NCBI GenBank assembly: GCA_038870975.1
Contig: JAVZJD010000002.1
Coordinates: forward strand, 131,037 to 195,036
Length of the DNA: 64,000 nt
Direction: 5' to 3'
Origin: Candidatus Bathyarchaeia archaeon
GTDB taxonomy: Archaea; Thermoproteota; CALKCG01; B24
Shown one piece after another: positions 16,721 to 27,020 of the stretch (position 1 is its first letter; each line of letters begins with the position of its first letter). The position numbers were made by a program, and so were the translations under genes. The notes beneath the pieces are model-generated. The model was not told the origin of the DNA. It was given only the letters and a program-made list of their open reading frames with translations, and did not search any database.

Positions 16721-17479
16721 TTATAGTCCAAGCCTCCCTATTAGATTGTATAATGCTTCTTTAGACGGCCTACTCTTGTAGTTTCTAAGCCCATCTAGTA
16801 TTTCCTCTCTGCTACTGTATTGGCAAAACTTCTGGATGTTTTTTGGTAAAGTCCCTCTTATGAATAGATAGCTTACCAGTGATGAGACGTTTGAAGGTCT
16901 CCTGTTGGTGCTTGAAGAGCCGAAGTCTAAGATTATTGGCTCGTTGTTGGATTTAACGAGTATGTGTTTTGAAGCTCTACTCAGCTCCCCATGGTCAAGT
17001 CCAACCGCATCAAGCCTATATGCATCTAGTATTAATTTAAACAGCGCCCTCCTAACAACGTCACTATCCGTCTGTGTATTCATCCATTCTAGTATCGGCT
17101 TACCATCCACAAGCTCCATAAGTATCATATCGCTGTTGTAGGATACTAGCTTCGGACCTACGGATACGCTATTAGCTATCTTCATATTCTCAGCCTCACT
17201 TTTAAGGCTGGGTATTGATGAATCTAGCCGTCTAATCTTAAGAGCATATGTATAGCCTGAAACCCAGGCTTTAATGATTACACTTCTCGTACCTTTGCCG
17301 AGTAGATTCACATTGGAAACTTCCTTGGAGCCTGTAAATTCGATCAAGTTTACTCCAAGCCTTTTAACCGCTTCGATTCTACGCTTTAAAACTTCAACGT
17401 CTCTACGAGGATACGTTAATATGAAGCCCTCCTCAAGAGTTAGTAAACTATCGGGCTTTAACATCACGGGCTTCATCAA
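16721..17479 (-). CDS. RIO-type atypical serine/threonine protein kinase
   Basis: Gly-rich loop LGKGTRSVI, YALKI (VAIK-like lysine), catalytic ...GLDHGELSRASKHILV (RIO lvHgDLSeyNiLv) and metal-binding IILDFGSS. Confidence 0.55.
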   Translation of the reverse strand: MMKPVMLKPDSLLTLEEGFILTYPRRDVEVLKRRIEAVKRLGVNLIEFTGSKEVSNVNLLGKGTRSVIIKAWVSGYTYALKIRRLDSSIPSLKSEAENMKIANSVSVGPKLVSYNSDMILMELVDGKPILEWMNTQTDSDVVRRALFKLILDAYRLDAVGLDHGELSRASKHILVKSNNEPIILDFGSSSTNRRPSNVSSLVSYLFIRGTLPKNIQKFCQYSSREEILDGLRNYKSRPSKEALYNLIGRLGL

Positions 17480-18923
17480 AATTAGCTTCAGCCTCCTCCA
17501 GCCACACTTTTAACCAGATGGGTAATCCGTCTAAGAATTCGGAGATAAATAGATTGAAGTCGGCGTTTACACTCATCGTATTCCAAAGCTCTGTATTCTT
17601 CAACACTTTAAACCCCCTTCCGATGGCTTCAGCGACCTTCCCTCTGACGCCTACTGAAATCCCCCCATCCACTTTGAGAAAGTATTCAAGTAGGTCTTTC
17701 ACGTCTCTAAACCTCCTCTCAACTTCAACAAATAGTCTATCGCCTTCGATCCAAGGACCGGTTGAAGTCGCACGTTTTCCAAGATGCTTGCTTAAGAAGT
17801 TCCAAAACTCCTCTGAGAAGACGGGTGGACCCATGTGTAGCTTTAAACGGCTTAATGTGGAGCTTTCAAGCTCAAATAGGAGGACGGTTAATCCATGCTC
17901 ATCAGTCCACGCTTTAGCTCTGTAGACTTTGAAACCCCAGTTTTCAAGTAAAGCCCTCAAAGAATCTAAAGTTCTATACAACTGCCCCCATAGAACATCT
18001 GGAACCGCTTCAACAGCTCCAAAACTGACAGCTACAAGGTCTAAACCTCTACTTTCAAGCCTCCTCTTAAGAGACTCCTCTGTAAGCTTCACAGGCTTCG
18101 GAGGGTCGAAGAATACTCTCAAGGGTTTTCTGAGGAAGCATTTTGAAGCCACTATGAAGCTACATAGGGTTTCCAGTCTAACGGCGGCTGCAACGTTCCT
18201 ATTTGAATCCACCGGGTCTACTAGTACTAGGGGGTGTTGAAACTTCTTCTTAGCTTCTCCCAATCTACCGCGGTAATATCCACCGATGTCTATTATCGTC
18301 CGCCTACCCCATTTTGAAGCCGCCTCTAAAGTTTTAATGAAATCGCCGTAATTGACTATTAAGAGCTCGCACAGATATCCGCTGAAGCCTCCAGTTTTAA
18401 TATCAGCTCCATAGACACCAATACCCTTGGTAAACTTCTTTAAAAGCCTAACCTGGTCTAAGGCTTCACCGCTCAATCTGCTTTTAATATACTCTGTGTG
18501 GTAGGGGGTTCTATCTACAGCCGTCAACCACTTACCGGGCTCAGCTCTATAGCATGGAACAACATCCACCCTAATTCCGTCGATCCACCCCTCCACGTAT
18601 GGGTGGTCTGCGTACCTCTCAATCCATCTGCCTCCGAGGTCTTCAAATACCCTCTTAGCAGCTTTCAACCCTCCAGATATTAACTCTTCCCTAGGTATGC
18701 TCTTATCGGCCATGAGGAAAATGTCCAGGTCTACATCTCCTTTAAGCCACGTCCCTTTAGCCACGGAGCCGTATATTTCAACCTCTACATTCAGCCCCAA
18801 AGCCTTCGTCTCAGACTTGAGAGCATTCGTAATCTTCTCAGAGACTTCTCTAACCTTCTGCTCATCCTCAGGACTTGGTTTAACCTCCCTGAGGATGCTG
18901 TTTAAAAGCTCTTCAACCGTCAC
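17448..18923 (-). CDS. cca: Archaeal class I tRNA CCA-adding enzyme (tRNA nucleotidyltransferase)
   Basis: N-terminal ...YGSVAKGTWLKGDVDLDIFLM (GS...D.D nucleotidyltransferase motif), archaeal CCA head/neck architecture; C-terminal extension overlaps the kinase gene by ~30 nt. Confidence 0.8.
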   Translation of the reverse strand: MTVEELLNSILREVKPSPEDEQKVREVSEKITNALKSETKALGLNVEVEIYGSVAKGTWLKGDVDLDIFLMADKSIPREELISGGLKAAKRVFEDLGGRWIERYADHPYVEGWIDGIRVDVVPCYRAEPGKWLTAVDRTPYHTEYIKSRLSGEALDQVRLLKKFTKGIGVYGADIKTGGFSGYLCELLIVNYGDFIKTLEAASKWGRRTIIDIGGYYRGRLGEAKKKFQHPLVLVDPVDSNRNVAAAVRLETLCSFIVASKCFLRKPLRVFFDPPKPVKLTEESLKRRLESRGLDLVAVSFGAVEAVPDVLWGQLYRTLDSLRALLENWGFKVYRAKAWTDEHGLTVLLFELESSTLSRLKLHMGPPVFSEEFWNFLSKHLGKRATSTGPWIEGDRLFVEVERRFRDVKDLLEYFLKVDGGISVGVRGKVAEAIGRGFKVLKNTELWNTMSVNADFNLFISEFLDGLPIWLKVWLEEAEANFDEARDVKAR

Positions 18924-19483
18924 GTGCCCGCCTTTACCTCCATAATAGTTGTGTAAATAGGGCCTTTAGAAGTTAAAGTACTCCTTTTAAGTCTGACAGA
19001 CTTTACATCAGTATAGCCGAAGGAAGTATCACGGTATTCATCTAAAAGCTTAGCTAAGCCTGGTTTATTCCTGACGGCTTTAACCCTAGCTATGGTTAAA
19101 TGGGGTGAGAATTCCTCCACTCCGAAACCAAGCCTTTTAAGAATCCCATTGACTTGATTATGCAGGTCTTCAAGTTTTTCTACACCTTCTCCAACACCAA
19201 CCCATACAACTCTCACGTAGCTGAGGCTTGGAAAGACACCTAAACCTTTAAACTCTATCTTAAACGGTTTAAAACTCAAACTCTTCAACCCATCCATTAC
19301 CCGTTTAACCGCCTGCTGCGGCAGCTCACCTAGAAACCTCAACGTAAGATGCATATTCTCCACTTCAACCGTTTTAACGATATTCTCTGTCTCCTCAACC
19401 TTCTTCTGAAGGTTTTGAACGACCTGTAGTATACTGCTATCTTCAACGTCGACCGATATGAAACATCTAATAACCTCTGTCAA
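18920..19483 (-). CDS. thpR: RNA 2',3'-cyclic phosphodiesterase (2H phosphoesterase, ThpR/LigT)
   Basis: Two H-x-T-x motifs (HLTLRFLG and HLTIARV) at the spacing typical of 2H enzymes; conserved archaeal synteny with cca. Confidence 0.8.
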   Translation of the reverse strand: MTEVIRCFISVDVEDSSILQVVQNLQKKVEETENIVKTVEVENMHLTLRFLGELPQQAVKRVMDGLKSLSFKPFKIEFKGLGVFPSLSYVRVVWVGVGEGVEKLEDLHNQVNGILKRLGFGVEEFSPHLTIARVKAVRNKPGLAKLLDEYRDTSFGYTDVKSVRLKRSTLTSKGPIYTTIMEVKAGT

Positions 19484-20227
19484 GCTTCCAATCCCCAGGG
19501 ACCACTATGCTTAATTCTATATTGAAGGGTTAAGATGCTTATTAGTATTTGCAGTTGAAACGTTATCAATGGCCTTCTGATGTTTGGATTATAAAGTGAG
19601 AATAAACGCTTTTAGAAAGTCACCAATTTAATCATCGACAACGGAAATCGAGATTTACGAGCTATAAGGAATCGTCACGTAAAAGCTAAAGACTTACGAC
19701 TTTCCCATAGGTTGAATCTCTATTCAAACAAAGCTCTATTTACACTAGCGAAACGAGAAATGATTAAACCCATGGCGAAGCAAGCACCCCCTCTCTATTA
19801 TGGCAATCGAATAACAACCTCCCATCCCCATGAATCGTATTAATATTGAAACCCCCTACTCCTCAGCTGAGCAATCCTTAAATATGAAAGCCCAAGGCTA
19901 CCTACTGCAAGCAATCGTAAACCCAGGAGGTTGCTTACAGACTTAACCAGCCCCCCATCCATCTATACCTTCTCCCCCAACTCTTCTAGAAACGGGGGAA
20001 TAAGGTATGGGGGGGGTCTAAACCTCCATAAAAAACAACCATAAAATCCTCCATAAAATATCCATAAAAACGCATATTGGAGAAGAATGCAACTTCACCA
20101 CGAAATAGAAACGTTGAATATTCTTCAGATGAATGACTGAAGGATACCTTAAACAGGTCTAGAACAATCTACACTTGAGGATGAGAAAGTATTTTTAAGG
20201 CCTTCATCATAAGTTCAATGTTCGCAG

Positions 20228-20791
20228 TTGAAAATCGATAAAGTATGTATAGGACTCGCTGGCTACCCAGGCTCAGGTAAAACCCTCTTAGCCTCTGAAG
20301 CCGTGAAAAGAGGTATACCAGTTTTAAACATGGGAGACGTCGTTAGAGAAGAAGCTTTAAGAAGAGGACTTCAACCGACGAGGGAGAATATGACTCTACT
20401 CATGTGGAGGCTTAGAAGTGAAGAAGGACCTCTAGCAGTAGCTAAGAGAATCTTAGAGAAGAGTAGATGTTTCAGGGAGCACATGATAGTAGTCGACGGT
20501 CTTAGAACAATCGATGAAATGTCATTCTTCAGGGAAAACTTTAAAAAATTCATACTAGTGGTTGTCGATGCCTCGAAGGAGGAGAGGTTTAAACGGCTAT
20601 CCAAACGGGGCAGAAGCGACGACCCTAAGGACATTCAAGACCTTGAAGATAGAGATAGAGCCGAGGATGCTCTAGGATTATCTGAGCTTCTGAAGAAGGG
20701 AGATAAGATAATACTTAACGAAGGACCACCTGAGAAAGCCTTAGAAGAATTCAAACGAATACTCGAAGATGTAGCCAGGTTAAACAGTTAA
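20228..20791 (+). CDS. P-loop nucleotide/nucleoside kinase-like protein (archaeal UPF0200 / dephospho-CoA-kinase-like family); TTG start
   Basis: Walker A GYPGSGKT near N-terminus, ~185 aa, followed directly by a UPF0201-like gene as in many archaea. Confidence 0.55.
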   Translation: MKIDKVCIGLAGYPGSGKTLLASEAVKRGIPVLNMGDVVREEALRRGLQPTRENMTLLMWRLRSEEGPLAVAKRILEKSRCFREHMIVVDGLRTIDEMSFFRENFKKFILVVVDASKEERFKRLSKRGRSDDPKDIQDLEDRDRAEDALGLSELLKKGDKIILNEGPPEKALEEFKRILEDVARLNS

Positions 20792-20794
20792 GCC

Positions 20795-21250
20795 TTGGGA
20801 AAACGTTTTTCTATAGGGATCACAATAAAGAATCCGTTAAAAATGTACAAGAACGTCAAAATCAAGATTAGAGCCGAGCTCAACCCAACGGAAGACCCTG
20901 CTAAAGTTGAGAAAGCCATACGTAACATAGTTCCCTCCGCCCAGACAAGGCTCATTGAGGAAACAGGCTTTAAATATGTAGTTGGAGAAGCTGAAGGCTT
21001 AGAGGCTTTAGAACATATGAAAGCTATGCTTAAAGCGAGACGTATAAGAGATGCCGCTAGAGTAGTTATGTTGAAGTGGATGGAGCCCAATAGAGCGGTA
21101 ATATTTCTCAATAAACAAGTTGCATTCGCCGGGAATATATCGTTCTCAGAACCCTATGGAGAATCTCCTCTAGGACCGATAAGACTGGAAATTGAAGCAG
21201 ACGACCCTAAGAGTATAATAAACTGGCTGACGTCGAAAGAATCTACTTAG
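20795..21250 (+). CDS. UPF0201-like small conserved archaeal protein
   Basis: 151 aa, position immediately downstream of UPF0200-like kinase; assignment by synteny and size. Confidence 0.4.
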   Translation: MGKRFSIGITIKNPLKMYKNVKIKIRAELNPTEDPAKVEKAIRNIVPSAQTRLIEETGFKYVVGEAEGLEALEHMKAMLKARRIRDAARVVMLKWMEPNRAVIFLNKQVAFAGNISFSEPYGESPLGPIRLEIEADDPKSIINWLTSKEST

Positions 21251-22166
21251 GCCTTTGAACAACTATCTCCATAAGGTCTTCAGCTATAACCGTATTACTG
21301 AAGACCTTCCTAGCCTGTTCTAGTAGAAGCGTTGTTTCACTGTATCTAGCAGATATATGCGTTAAAGCGAGTTTAGATACATTAGCCAATCTAGCTACTT
21401 CAGCAGCCTCGACTACAGTACTATGCCCTTCAAGTCTAGCCTTATCTTTAAGTTCTCCATCAAAAGTAGCCTCATGTATAAGTAGATCTGCATTAGCCGC
21501 GAGCTTTACAAGCTTCATAGATGGACGTGTATCACCACTATAAACTATTTTCAAACCTCTTCTAGGAGGTCCTAGTACGCTTTCAGGAGTTATAACCCTC
21601 CCATCGTCGAGTGTTACAGAAAGACCCCTCTGAAGCTTTTTCCATAGAGGGCCTTCGGGAATACCTAAGGCTAAAGCCTTCTCCCTGTAGAATCTACCCG
21701 GTCTAGGGTCTTCCACTATACTGTATGAGAAGTTTTGAACACTATGATCCGTCTCAACGGCTTGAACACTGTAATCTAGGCCTCTACAAACATCCCCTTC
21801 TGAGACGCTGTACACTTCTAATGGATAATTGAGTCCAACGACAACCGTTTCAATTACATGCTCTAGGAATTCTTTAAGCTTTTGAGGACCGTAGATTTGA
21901 AGAGGCTTAACCCTACCCATTATAGACATCGTTTGTAGAAGCCCCGGTAGCCCTAGAATGTGGTCGCTATGCATATGCGATATGAATACCTTCATCGGCC
22001 TTCCAAACCCCAACCCAGCTTTAATCATCTGCCTCTGTGTTCCCTCACCGCAGTCGAACATCAGAAGCTCCCCCTCTCTTTGAACGACTAGAGAAGGCAT
22101 ACCCCTCTTAACGGTAGGTACGCTTCCAGATGTTCCAAGGAAGATTACTTTAACGCTCAACCTCAA
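21243..22166 (-). CDS. rnz: Ribonuclease Z (tRNA 3' endonuclease), metallo-beta-lactamase fold
   Basis: ...FISHMHSDHILGLPGLL... (HxHxDH motif), ~307 aa with characteristic exosite insertion length and C-terminal H motifs (THISARY). Confidence 0.8.
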   Translation of the reverse strand: MRLSVKVIFLGTSGSVPTVKRGMPSLVVQREGELLMFDCGEGTQRQMIKAGLGFGRPMKVFISHMHSDHILGLPGLLQTMSIMGRVKPLQIYGPQKLKEFLEHVIETVVVGLNYPLEVYSVSEGDVCRGLDYSVQAVETDHSVQNFSYSIVEDPRPGRFYREKALALGIPEGPLWKKLQRGLSVTLDDGRVITPESVLGPPRRGLKIVYSGDTRPSMKLVKLAANADLLIHEATFDGELKDKARLEGHSTVVEAAEVARLANVSKLALTHISARYSETTLLLEQARKVFSNTVIAEDLMEIVVQRPK

Positions 22167-22342
22167 CCCCTCGTTAGTTTTAACTGTCCTCCCATATTGG
22201 ATGCATAAGCTTTAAATAATACCATTTTCAATACTCTTAAATCTATAGTTAAGCTATTTCAAACCCCGCTCGTTTAAATCAGATTCGAAACCAATAATAG
22301 TAGGTCCTTACTCTACTTACACATAGGAGGGTTTACCTACCC

Positions 22343-23389
22343 TTGAAGGAAGCTTACCTATACAATTCCTTAAATGGTCAAGTCCAATGCAATCTATGCG
22401 CTAGAAGATGCACTATTCCAAACGGTGGAGTAGGCTTCTGCGGCGTCCGTAAAAACATAGATGGAAAGCTCTACAGTTTAGTCTACGGTAAAGCTGTAGC
22501 GGCGGCTGCAGACCCGATTATGAAGAAGCCCCTATATCATTTCCACCCCGGCTCTTCAGTCATGAGCATAGCTACGGTAGGTTGCAACTTCAGATGCCGC
22601 TACTGCGATAACTGGGTCATAAGCCAAGATAGAGAGGCTAAGGGTATGGACCTGCCTCCTAGTAAAGTCGTTCAACTGGCCTTAGAATACGATTGTCAGG
22701 GTATAAGCTATACTTACACAGAGCCTACGATATTCATGGAGTATGCTTACGATACTGCTAAACTCGCTAGAGAGAAGGGACTGTTCAACACGTTTGTAAC
22801 AAATGGATATATGACTCCTGAAGCCGTGGAATTCATATCCCCCCTCCTAGACGCAGCCACCGTAGATTTCAAAGGTTCAGCCAACCCAGAGTTTTACAAA
22901 ACCTTAGCCGCTGTACTGGATGTAGAGCCTATATACGACTGTTTAAAGGCTTTGAAGAGAAGAGATGTACATATTGAAATAACCGACCTCATAGTTACAA
23001 AGTATGGAGACTCCACAGACGACCTTAAAGCATTGGCTAGCTGGATCAAAGATAACCTCGGACCAGATACGCCATTCCACATATTGAGGTTTCACCCAGA
23101 TTATAAGCTCACCGATGTTCCATCAACTCCCTTAAATACGCTTGAGAAGGCCTATGAAACCGCTAGAGATGTAGGGCTACACTACGTCTACCTTGGAAAC
23201 GTACCGGGGCACAAGTACGAACATACCTACTGTCCAAACTGTGGCGAACGAGTCATCGAAAGATTCGGCTTCTACGTCTCTAGGTGGCTTCTAACGAAGG
23301 ATAAAAAGTGTCCAAATTGCGGATGGAGTATACCTATAAAAGGAGTTTATCATCCCGGTGGTTTGGAATACCACATGCCAGTCATATAG
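22343..23389 (+). CDS. amrS: AmmeMemoRadiSam-system radical SAM enzyme (AmrS/PFL-activase-like)
   Basis: N-terminal Cys cluster (CNLCARRC...GFCGVRKN) plus radical-SAM CNFRCRYCDNW motif and C-terminal CPNCG...CPNCG. Confidence 0.7.
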   Translation: MKEAYLYNSLNGQVQCNLCARRCTIPNGGVGFCGVRKNIDGKLYSLVYGKAVAAAADPIMKKPLYHFHPGSSVMSIATVGCNFRCRYCDNWVISQDREAKGMDLPPSKVVQLALEYDCQGISYTYTEPTIFMEYAYDTAKLAREKGLFNTFVTNGYMTPEAVEFISPLLDAATVDFKGSANPEFYKTLAAVLDVEPIYDCLKALKRRDVHIEITDLIVTKYGDSTDDLKALASWIKDNLGPDTPFHILRFHPDYKLTDVPSTPLNTLEKAYETARDVGLHYVYLGNVPGHKYEHTYCPNCGERVIERFGFYVSRWLLTKDKKCPNCGWSIPIKGVYHPGGLEYHMPVI

Positions 23390-24431
23390 CTTCTCTAGGT
23401 CTTCTAAGCTCTGGCGGTGGGAGTCTAGTAAACTCATAGTGCGGCTCATTTTGATACCAATACGCTATACTAGACCAGTCATCGCTTCTATCATTGGCAT
23501 GTCCATGCTCAATGGTTACTTTAATCGACCTCCTGAAGAATATAGGGTCTTCTATGTGAAACCTATACATTGACGATGGCCCAGTCCAATCTGGGTTGCC
23601 CATGAGTGGAAAACCGTGGAAGGGGCCATAGAATTCTCTGTTGAAACCCCAAGCTGACCCAATGTAGTCTTCAGTCCCCGTTCCATGTATAGAGGGCGGC
23701 CATTTCTCTCCGTCTACGAATATCATGTCGTCTCCTTCACCCCACCATCCAGGTTTAAGCCCATAGACACTCAAGATGCATCCAACATATCTTCCACGCC
23801 CGTAAGCTTCAAGTACTAGGTAGTTGCCTTCTCCACTGGTATTCTTCCCCTCTTCACCTGGAGGATAATACTCCGCCTCCGTCGGATTTTCCCTTCTCCA
23901 TTTAGCGTGAAATCTAAGCATATTCCCATCTAAGACTGGCAGTTCTTCATAGTCTATATGGTAGTAGAAAGCGTTAACTGGTTTATCGCTTTGATTTTCA
24001 ATTTCTATCCTCGCATTCTTGGAGAAGGGCATGGGGAAGTAGCAGTTGAAGCCTTTATCGCAGGTCATGGTAACTGGTAAAGATATGAAATGTTTAGCAA
24101 CTCCATGACCGATTCCAAAGAAGTCTCCTATTGGTGTTTCAACACTCGGATTTGGCTCCCCATCCCAGTACATTCTTAGGACTATACTCCTCAGGTAGTA
24201 CTTGTCCTCAGCGGCTATAGTACACCATACATGTCTAATTATACCAGTGCCATCTATATCTGCTAAGACTTTAGTCTCCCACGGTTTAACAACTATAAAG
24301 TCTTTATTACCCCCAGTCCTATCGAAACTTGAAACCCTCTTAGGGTAAGACTCACGGTAGTATGGTAATGCAGCTAAACCGCCTAGGATATACGGAGGTA
24401 TGCCCATGAACGATAAATAGAGTATCTCCAC
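23382..24431 (-). CDS. DUF2961 / GH172-like family protein (tentative)
   Basis: 349 aa, W/G/D-rich beta-sandwich-like sequence (GEGDDMIFVDGEKWP...GTGTEDY) resembling DUF2961; no decisive motif. Confidence 0.35.
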   Translation of the reverse strand: MEILYLSFMGIPPYILGGLAALPYYRESYPKRVSSFDRTGGNKDFIVVKPWETKVLADIDGTGIIRHVWCTIAAEDKYYLRSIVLRMYWDGEPNPSVETPIGDFFGIGHGVAKHFISLPVTMTCDKGFNCYFPMPFSKNARIEIENQSDKPVNAFYYHIDYEELPVLDGNMLRFHAKWRRENPTEAEYYPPGEEGKNTSGEGNYLVLEAYGRGRYVGCILSVYGLKPGWWGEGDDMIFVDGEKWPPSIHGTGTEDYIGSAWGFNREFYGPFHGFPLMGNPDWTGPSSMYRFHIEDPIFFRRSIKVTIEHGHANDRSDDWSSIAYWYQNEPHYEFTRLPPPELRRPREAI

Positions 24432-24448
24432 TCTTTAAATTTTTACCT

Positions 24449-25684
24449 CTATACGGATTGAGAGCGTAGCTCTTCTTTTACAAAGCTTTCAACTTGACTG
24501 AGTAAGCACTCTTCATCTACCATCTTCTTTCCCATTGAGTAGGCCTCATCTACCGCTTCAAGCACTATGTTTTTAACGTCCCTAGGCGTTATACAGTATT
24601 CATCTCTAACTTTTATATTTCTCCTAGGGATAGAGGCTTCATATACGAGCCTTCTACGCTTTATGATGGACCATATCTTTTCAAACACCTCCTCTTTCAA
24701 CACCTTGCCATCTTTAAGGCTTGCATCTAAAACTATTTTAGAGGTGTAGAAATCGAACAGCCGTTTAACAGTCTCCCTCGTCTTAGGAGGTGGAACGTAA
24801 AGGATCTTCTTTACTCTATCTAATAGGGCTGGGTCTATAACCGATGGAAAGTTCGTCGCGAATATGACAGCAATATTCCTATTCGTTTCGAAGCCTTCAC
24901 CTAGCTCTATAAGAAGTTGGTTTAACATACCCTGGACGTCTCTACCAGCATCTGTAGTTACATCAACTCTAGACCTTCCTATGGCATCTACCTCATCTAT
25001 AAACAATATACTTGGAGCCACATCCCTGGCAAGTCTGAAGATTTCTTTAATGTTCCTGGCAGATTCTCCAAGCCACTTCGACACGACTTCATACCCGTCA
25101 ACTTTTATGAAACTAGTCTTACAGCCGTATAGTGTACATGTGCCAGCTATAGCCTTAGCCATGTAGGTTTTCCCAGTACCCGGCGGACCATAGAGTAGTA
25201 CTGATCCACCTTCTTCTAGAAGTCTTTTGTCGAGGAGGAGGTTTTCTCTCCGCTCTCTACTAAGAGGGTTTAAAATCCACTCTACTACTTTTCTAAGCTC
25301 GTTAAGCTCATATTCAAGACCTACTACATCATCGTAGTATACCCGGACTTCCTTCTCAATTTTATAGCTCCAGGCGGTTCCATCTCTAAGATTCTCAATA
25401 AAACCTATGATCGTTCCCCTATTTGGAGAAAGTATCACATCCATATTGGGTGTAATCTTACCTAGGTATTCAGGTGGAATAGATACTTCGTATAATTGGC
25501 CACTGAATTTGACATAAGCCCTATTATCCCTAACGTCAACTACAGTGCCGACAGGCTTCATACCTTGCTTAAGCTCTTCAATAGTCTGATAGCACTTCCT
25601 CAACTCCATCTGCAAATACTCTATTTGGCGCTCTTTACGCATAAGCTCCCGTTCAAGCTCGTAGATTTCACTATACCTATCCAT
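24449..25684 (-). CDS. AAA+ ATPase, proteasome-activating-nucleotidase (PAN)-like with N-terminal coiled coil
   Basis: Coiled-coil N-terminus, OB-like segment, Walker A LYGPPGTGKT, Walker B ILFIDEVDAIG, second region of homology. Confidence 0.65.
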   Translation of the reverse strand: MDRYSEIYELERELMRKERQIEYLQMELRKCYQTIEELKQGMKPVGTVVDVRDNRAYVKFSGQLYEVSIPPEYLGKITPNMDVILSPNRGTIIGFIENLRDGTAWSYKIEKEVRVYYDDVVGLEYELNELRKVVEWILNPLSRERRENLLLDKRLLEEGGSVLLYGPPGTGKTYMAKAIAGTCTLYGCKTSFIKVDGYEVVSKWLGESARNIKEIFRLARDVAPSILFIDEVDAIGRSRVDVTTDAGRDVQGMLNQLLIELGEGFETNRNIAVIFATNFPSVIDPALLDRVKKILYVPPPKTRETVKRLFDFYTSKIVLDASLKDGKVLKEEVFEKIWSIIKRRRLVYEASIPRRNIKVRDEYCITPRDVKNIVLEAVDEAYSMGKKMVDEECLLSQVESFVKEELRSQSV

Positions 25685-25760
25685 TAGCCTCCTCCCTTAA
25701 TACTAAATAGTTGGAGCTTATATTTTAAGATATAGTCGGGTAAAAGTCAAGAAATACAAG

Positions 25761-26981
25761 TTATGCACCGTACTTCTCAGCTAGATTCACAATATCCAAT
25801 AGAATAGGCATTAAGTCAAGACCTCTTATCCGGTTTAAACCGCCTCTAGCAGCTTTAAATTCATCAAACCCCTCAACATCATCTCTCCTTACTTCTTCAC
25901 CGCATATCATTATCGGCACTGGATCGGCTGAGTGAGTCTTTATAGAGCATGGTGTTGAATGGTCTGCAGTGACAACTATCAAAGTATCATCTAAAAATGT
26001 CAGCGGTTTTAAAGCTTCATCTATCTGCTGTATCACCTTGATTTTCCGCCTATAATCACCGTCTTCACCCGCTAAGTCGGCTTGTTTAAAGTGGAGAAAA
26101 ACGAAATCGAAGCATCTAAGTGCTTTTAGAGAGGCTTCAACCTTAGCCTTATAGTTTGTTTCATAAGTGCCCGTTGCTCCAGGAACGTTTAAAACTTCCA
26201 TCCCGACGAATTTAGCCAAGCCCTTGTAGAGGGTTCCACCAGCTATGCATGATGCTTTAAGCTTGTACCGCTCTTTAAATCCTTCGACTTTAGTGAGTAT
26301 GCTTGCTCCTCTTGGAAGTACTACGTTAGCCGGAGGCAATCCCTGTTTAACTCTATCTCTATTAACCCAGTGATCCTTAAGAACCCTATAAGACTCTTCA
26401 ACAATCTTATTGACTAAGTTGGCTGTTTTAAGTGCCTCTGGAGATGGGTCCAGTTGTTCACACTTTTTAACCCTTAAGCCTGTTTTACCTGGATCTGTAT
26501 CTGAAACTTTCCAAGAAAGACCCTCCCCTCTCATAACGATTACTCCTCTGTGTTCAACGGCTTCCTTAAATACCAACTCCACCCCTGGAATTGAAATATC
26601 ATTTAAAGCTTTTGCCAACTCACCTGTATGTTCACTTATCCTTCCAGCTCTCCTATCAATAACAACCATCCTATCGTCTACTGTAGCGAAATTAAACCTG
26701 AAAACTACATCTCCTTCTTTCAGCTCCAACCCTAAACCCAAGGCTTCAAAAACCCCTCTACCAGTATAGTACTTCCCAGGGTCATATCCGAATATTGCTA
26801 AATGCGCTGGTGCACTTCCCGGTCTAACGCCGGGGGCTACAGTATCCATAATGCCTTTAACACCAACAGACGACAACTTCTCAAGATTCGGCTTTTCAGC
26901 GGCCGCTAATGGAGTTTTATAGTTTAATTCCTTAATAGGCCTATCACCTAAGCCATCGCATACTATCAGCAGTATCCTCAT
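25761..26981 (-). CDS. apgM: 2,3-bisphosphoglycerate-independent phosphoglycerate mutase, archaeal type
   Basis: MRILLIVCDGLGDRP... N-terminus and ...VVTADHSTPC... metal-binding motif typical of archaeal iPGM (~406 aa). Confidence 0.8.
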   Translation of the reverse strand: MRILLIVCDGLGDRPIKELNYKTPLAAAEKPNLEKLSSVGVKGIMDTVAPGVRPGSAPAHLAIFGYDPGKYYTGRGVFEALGLGLELKEGDVVFRFNFATVDDRMVVIDRRAGRISEHTGELAKALNDISIPGVELVFKEAVEHRGVIVMRGEGLSWKVSDTDPGKTGLRVKKCEQLDPSPEALKTANLVNKIVEESYRVLKDHWVNRDRVKQGLPPANVVLPRGASILTKVEGFKERYKLKASCIAGGTLYKGLAKFVGMEVLNVPGATGTYETNYKAKVEASLKALRCFDFVFLHFKQADLAGEDGDYRRKIKVIQQIDEALKPLTFLDDTLIVVTADHSTPCSIKTHSADPVPIMICGEEVRRDDVEGFDEFKAARGGLNRIRGLDLMPILLDIVNLAEKYGA

Positions 26982-27020
26982 GCTCCCAACACCTCTCCAA
27001 TAATCGGGAATATGCGTACT

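Noticed and set aside
17274-18945. Multiple plus-strand ORFs (17274-17513, 17518-17925, 17929-18240, 18498-18683, 18697-18945) antisense to the kinase and cca genes
   Set aside because: All antisense to genes with clear motifs. Ser/Thr/Leu-rich shadow ORFs.
20095-20130. Possible C/D-box sRNA (…gatgaatgactga…) in the thpR/UPF0200 intergenic region
   Set aside because: Only partial C (RUGAUGA) and D (CUGA) boxes at non-canonical spacing and no terminal stem. Insufficient evidence.
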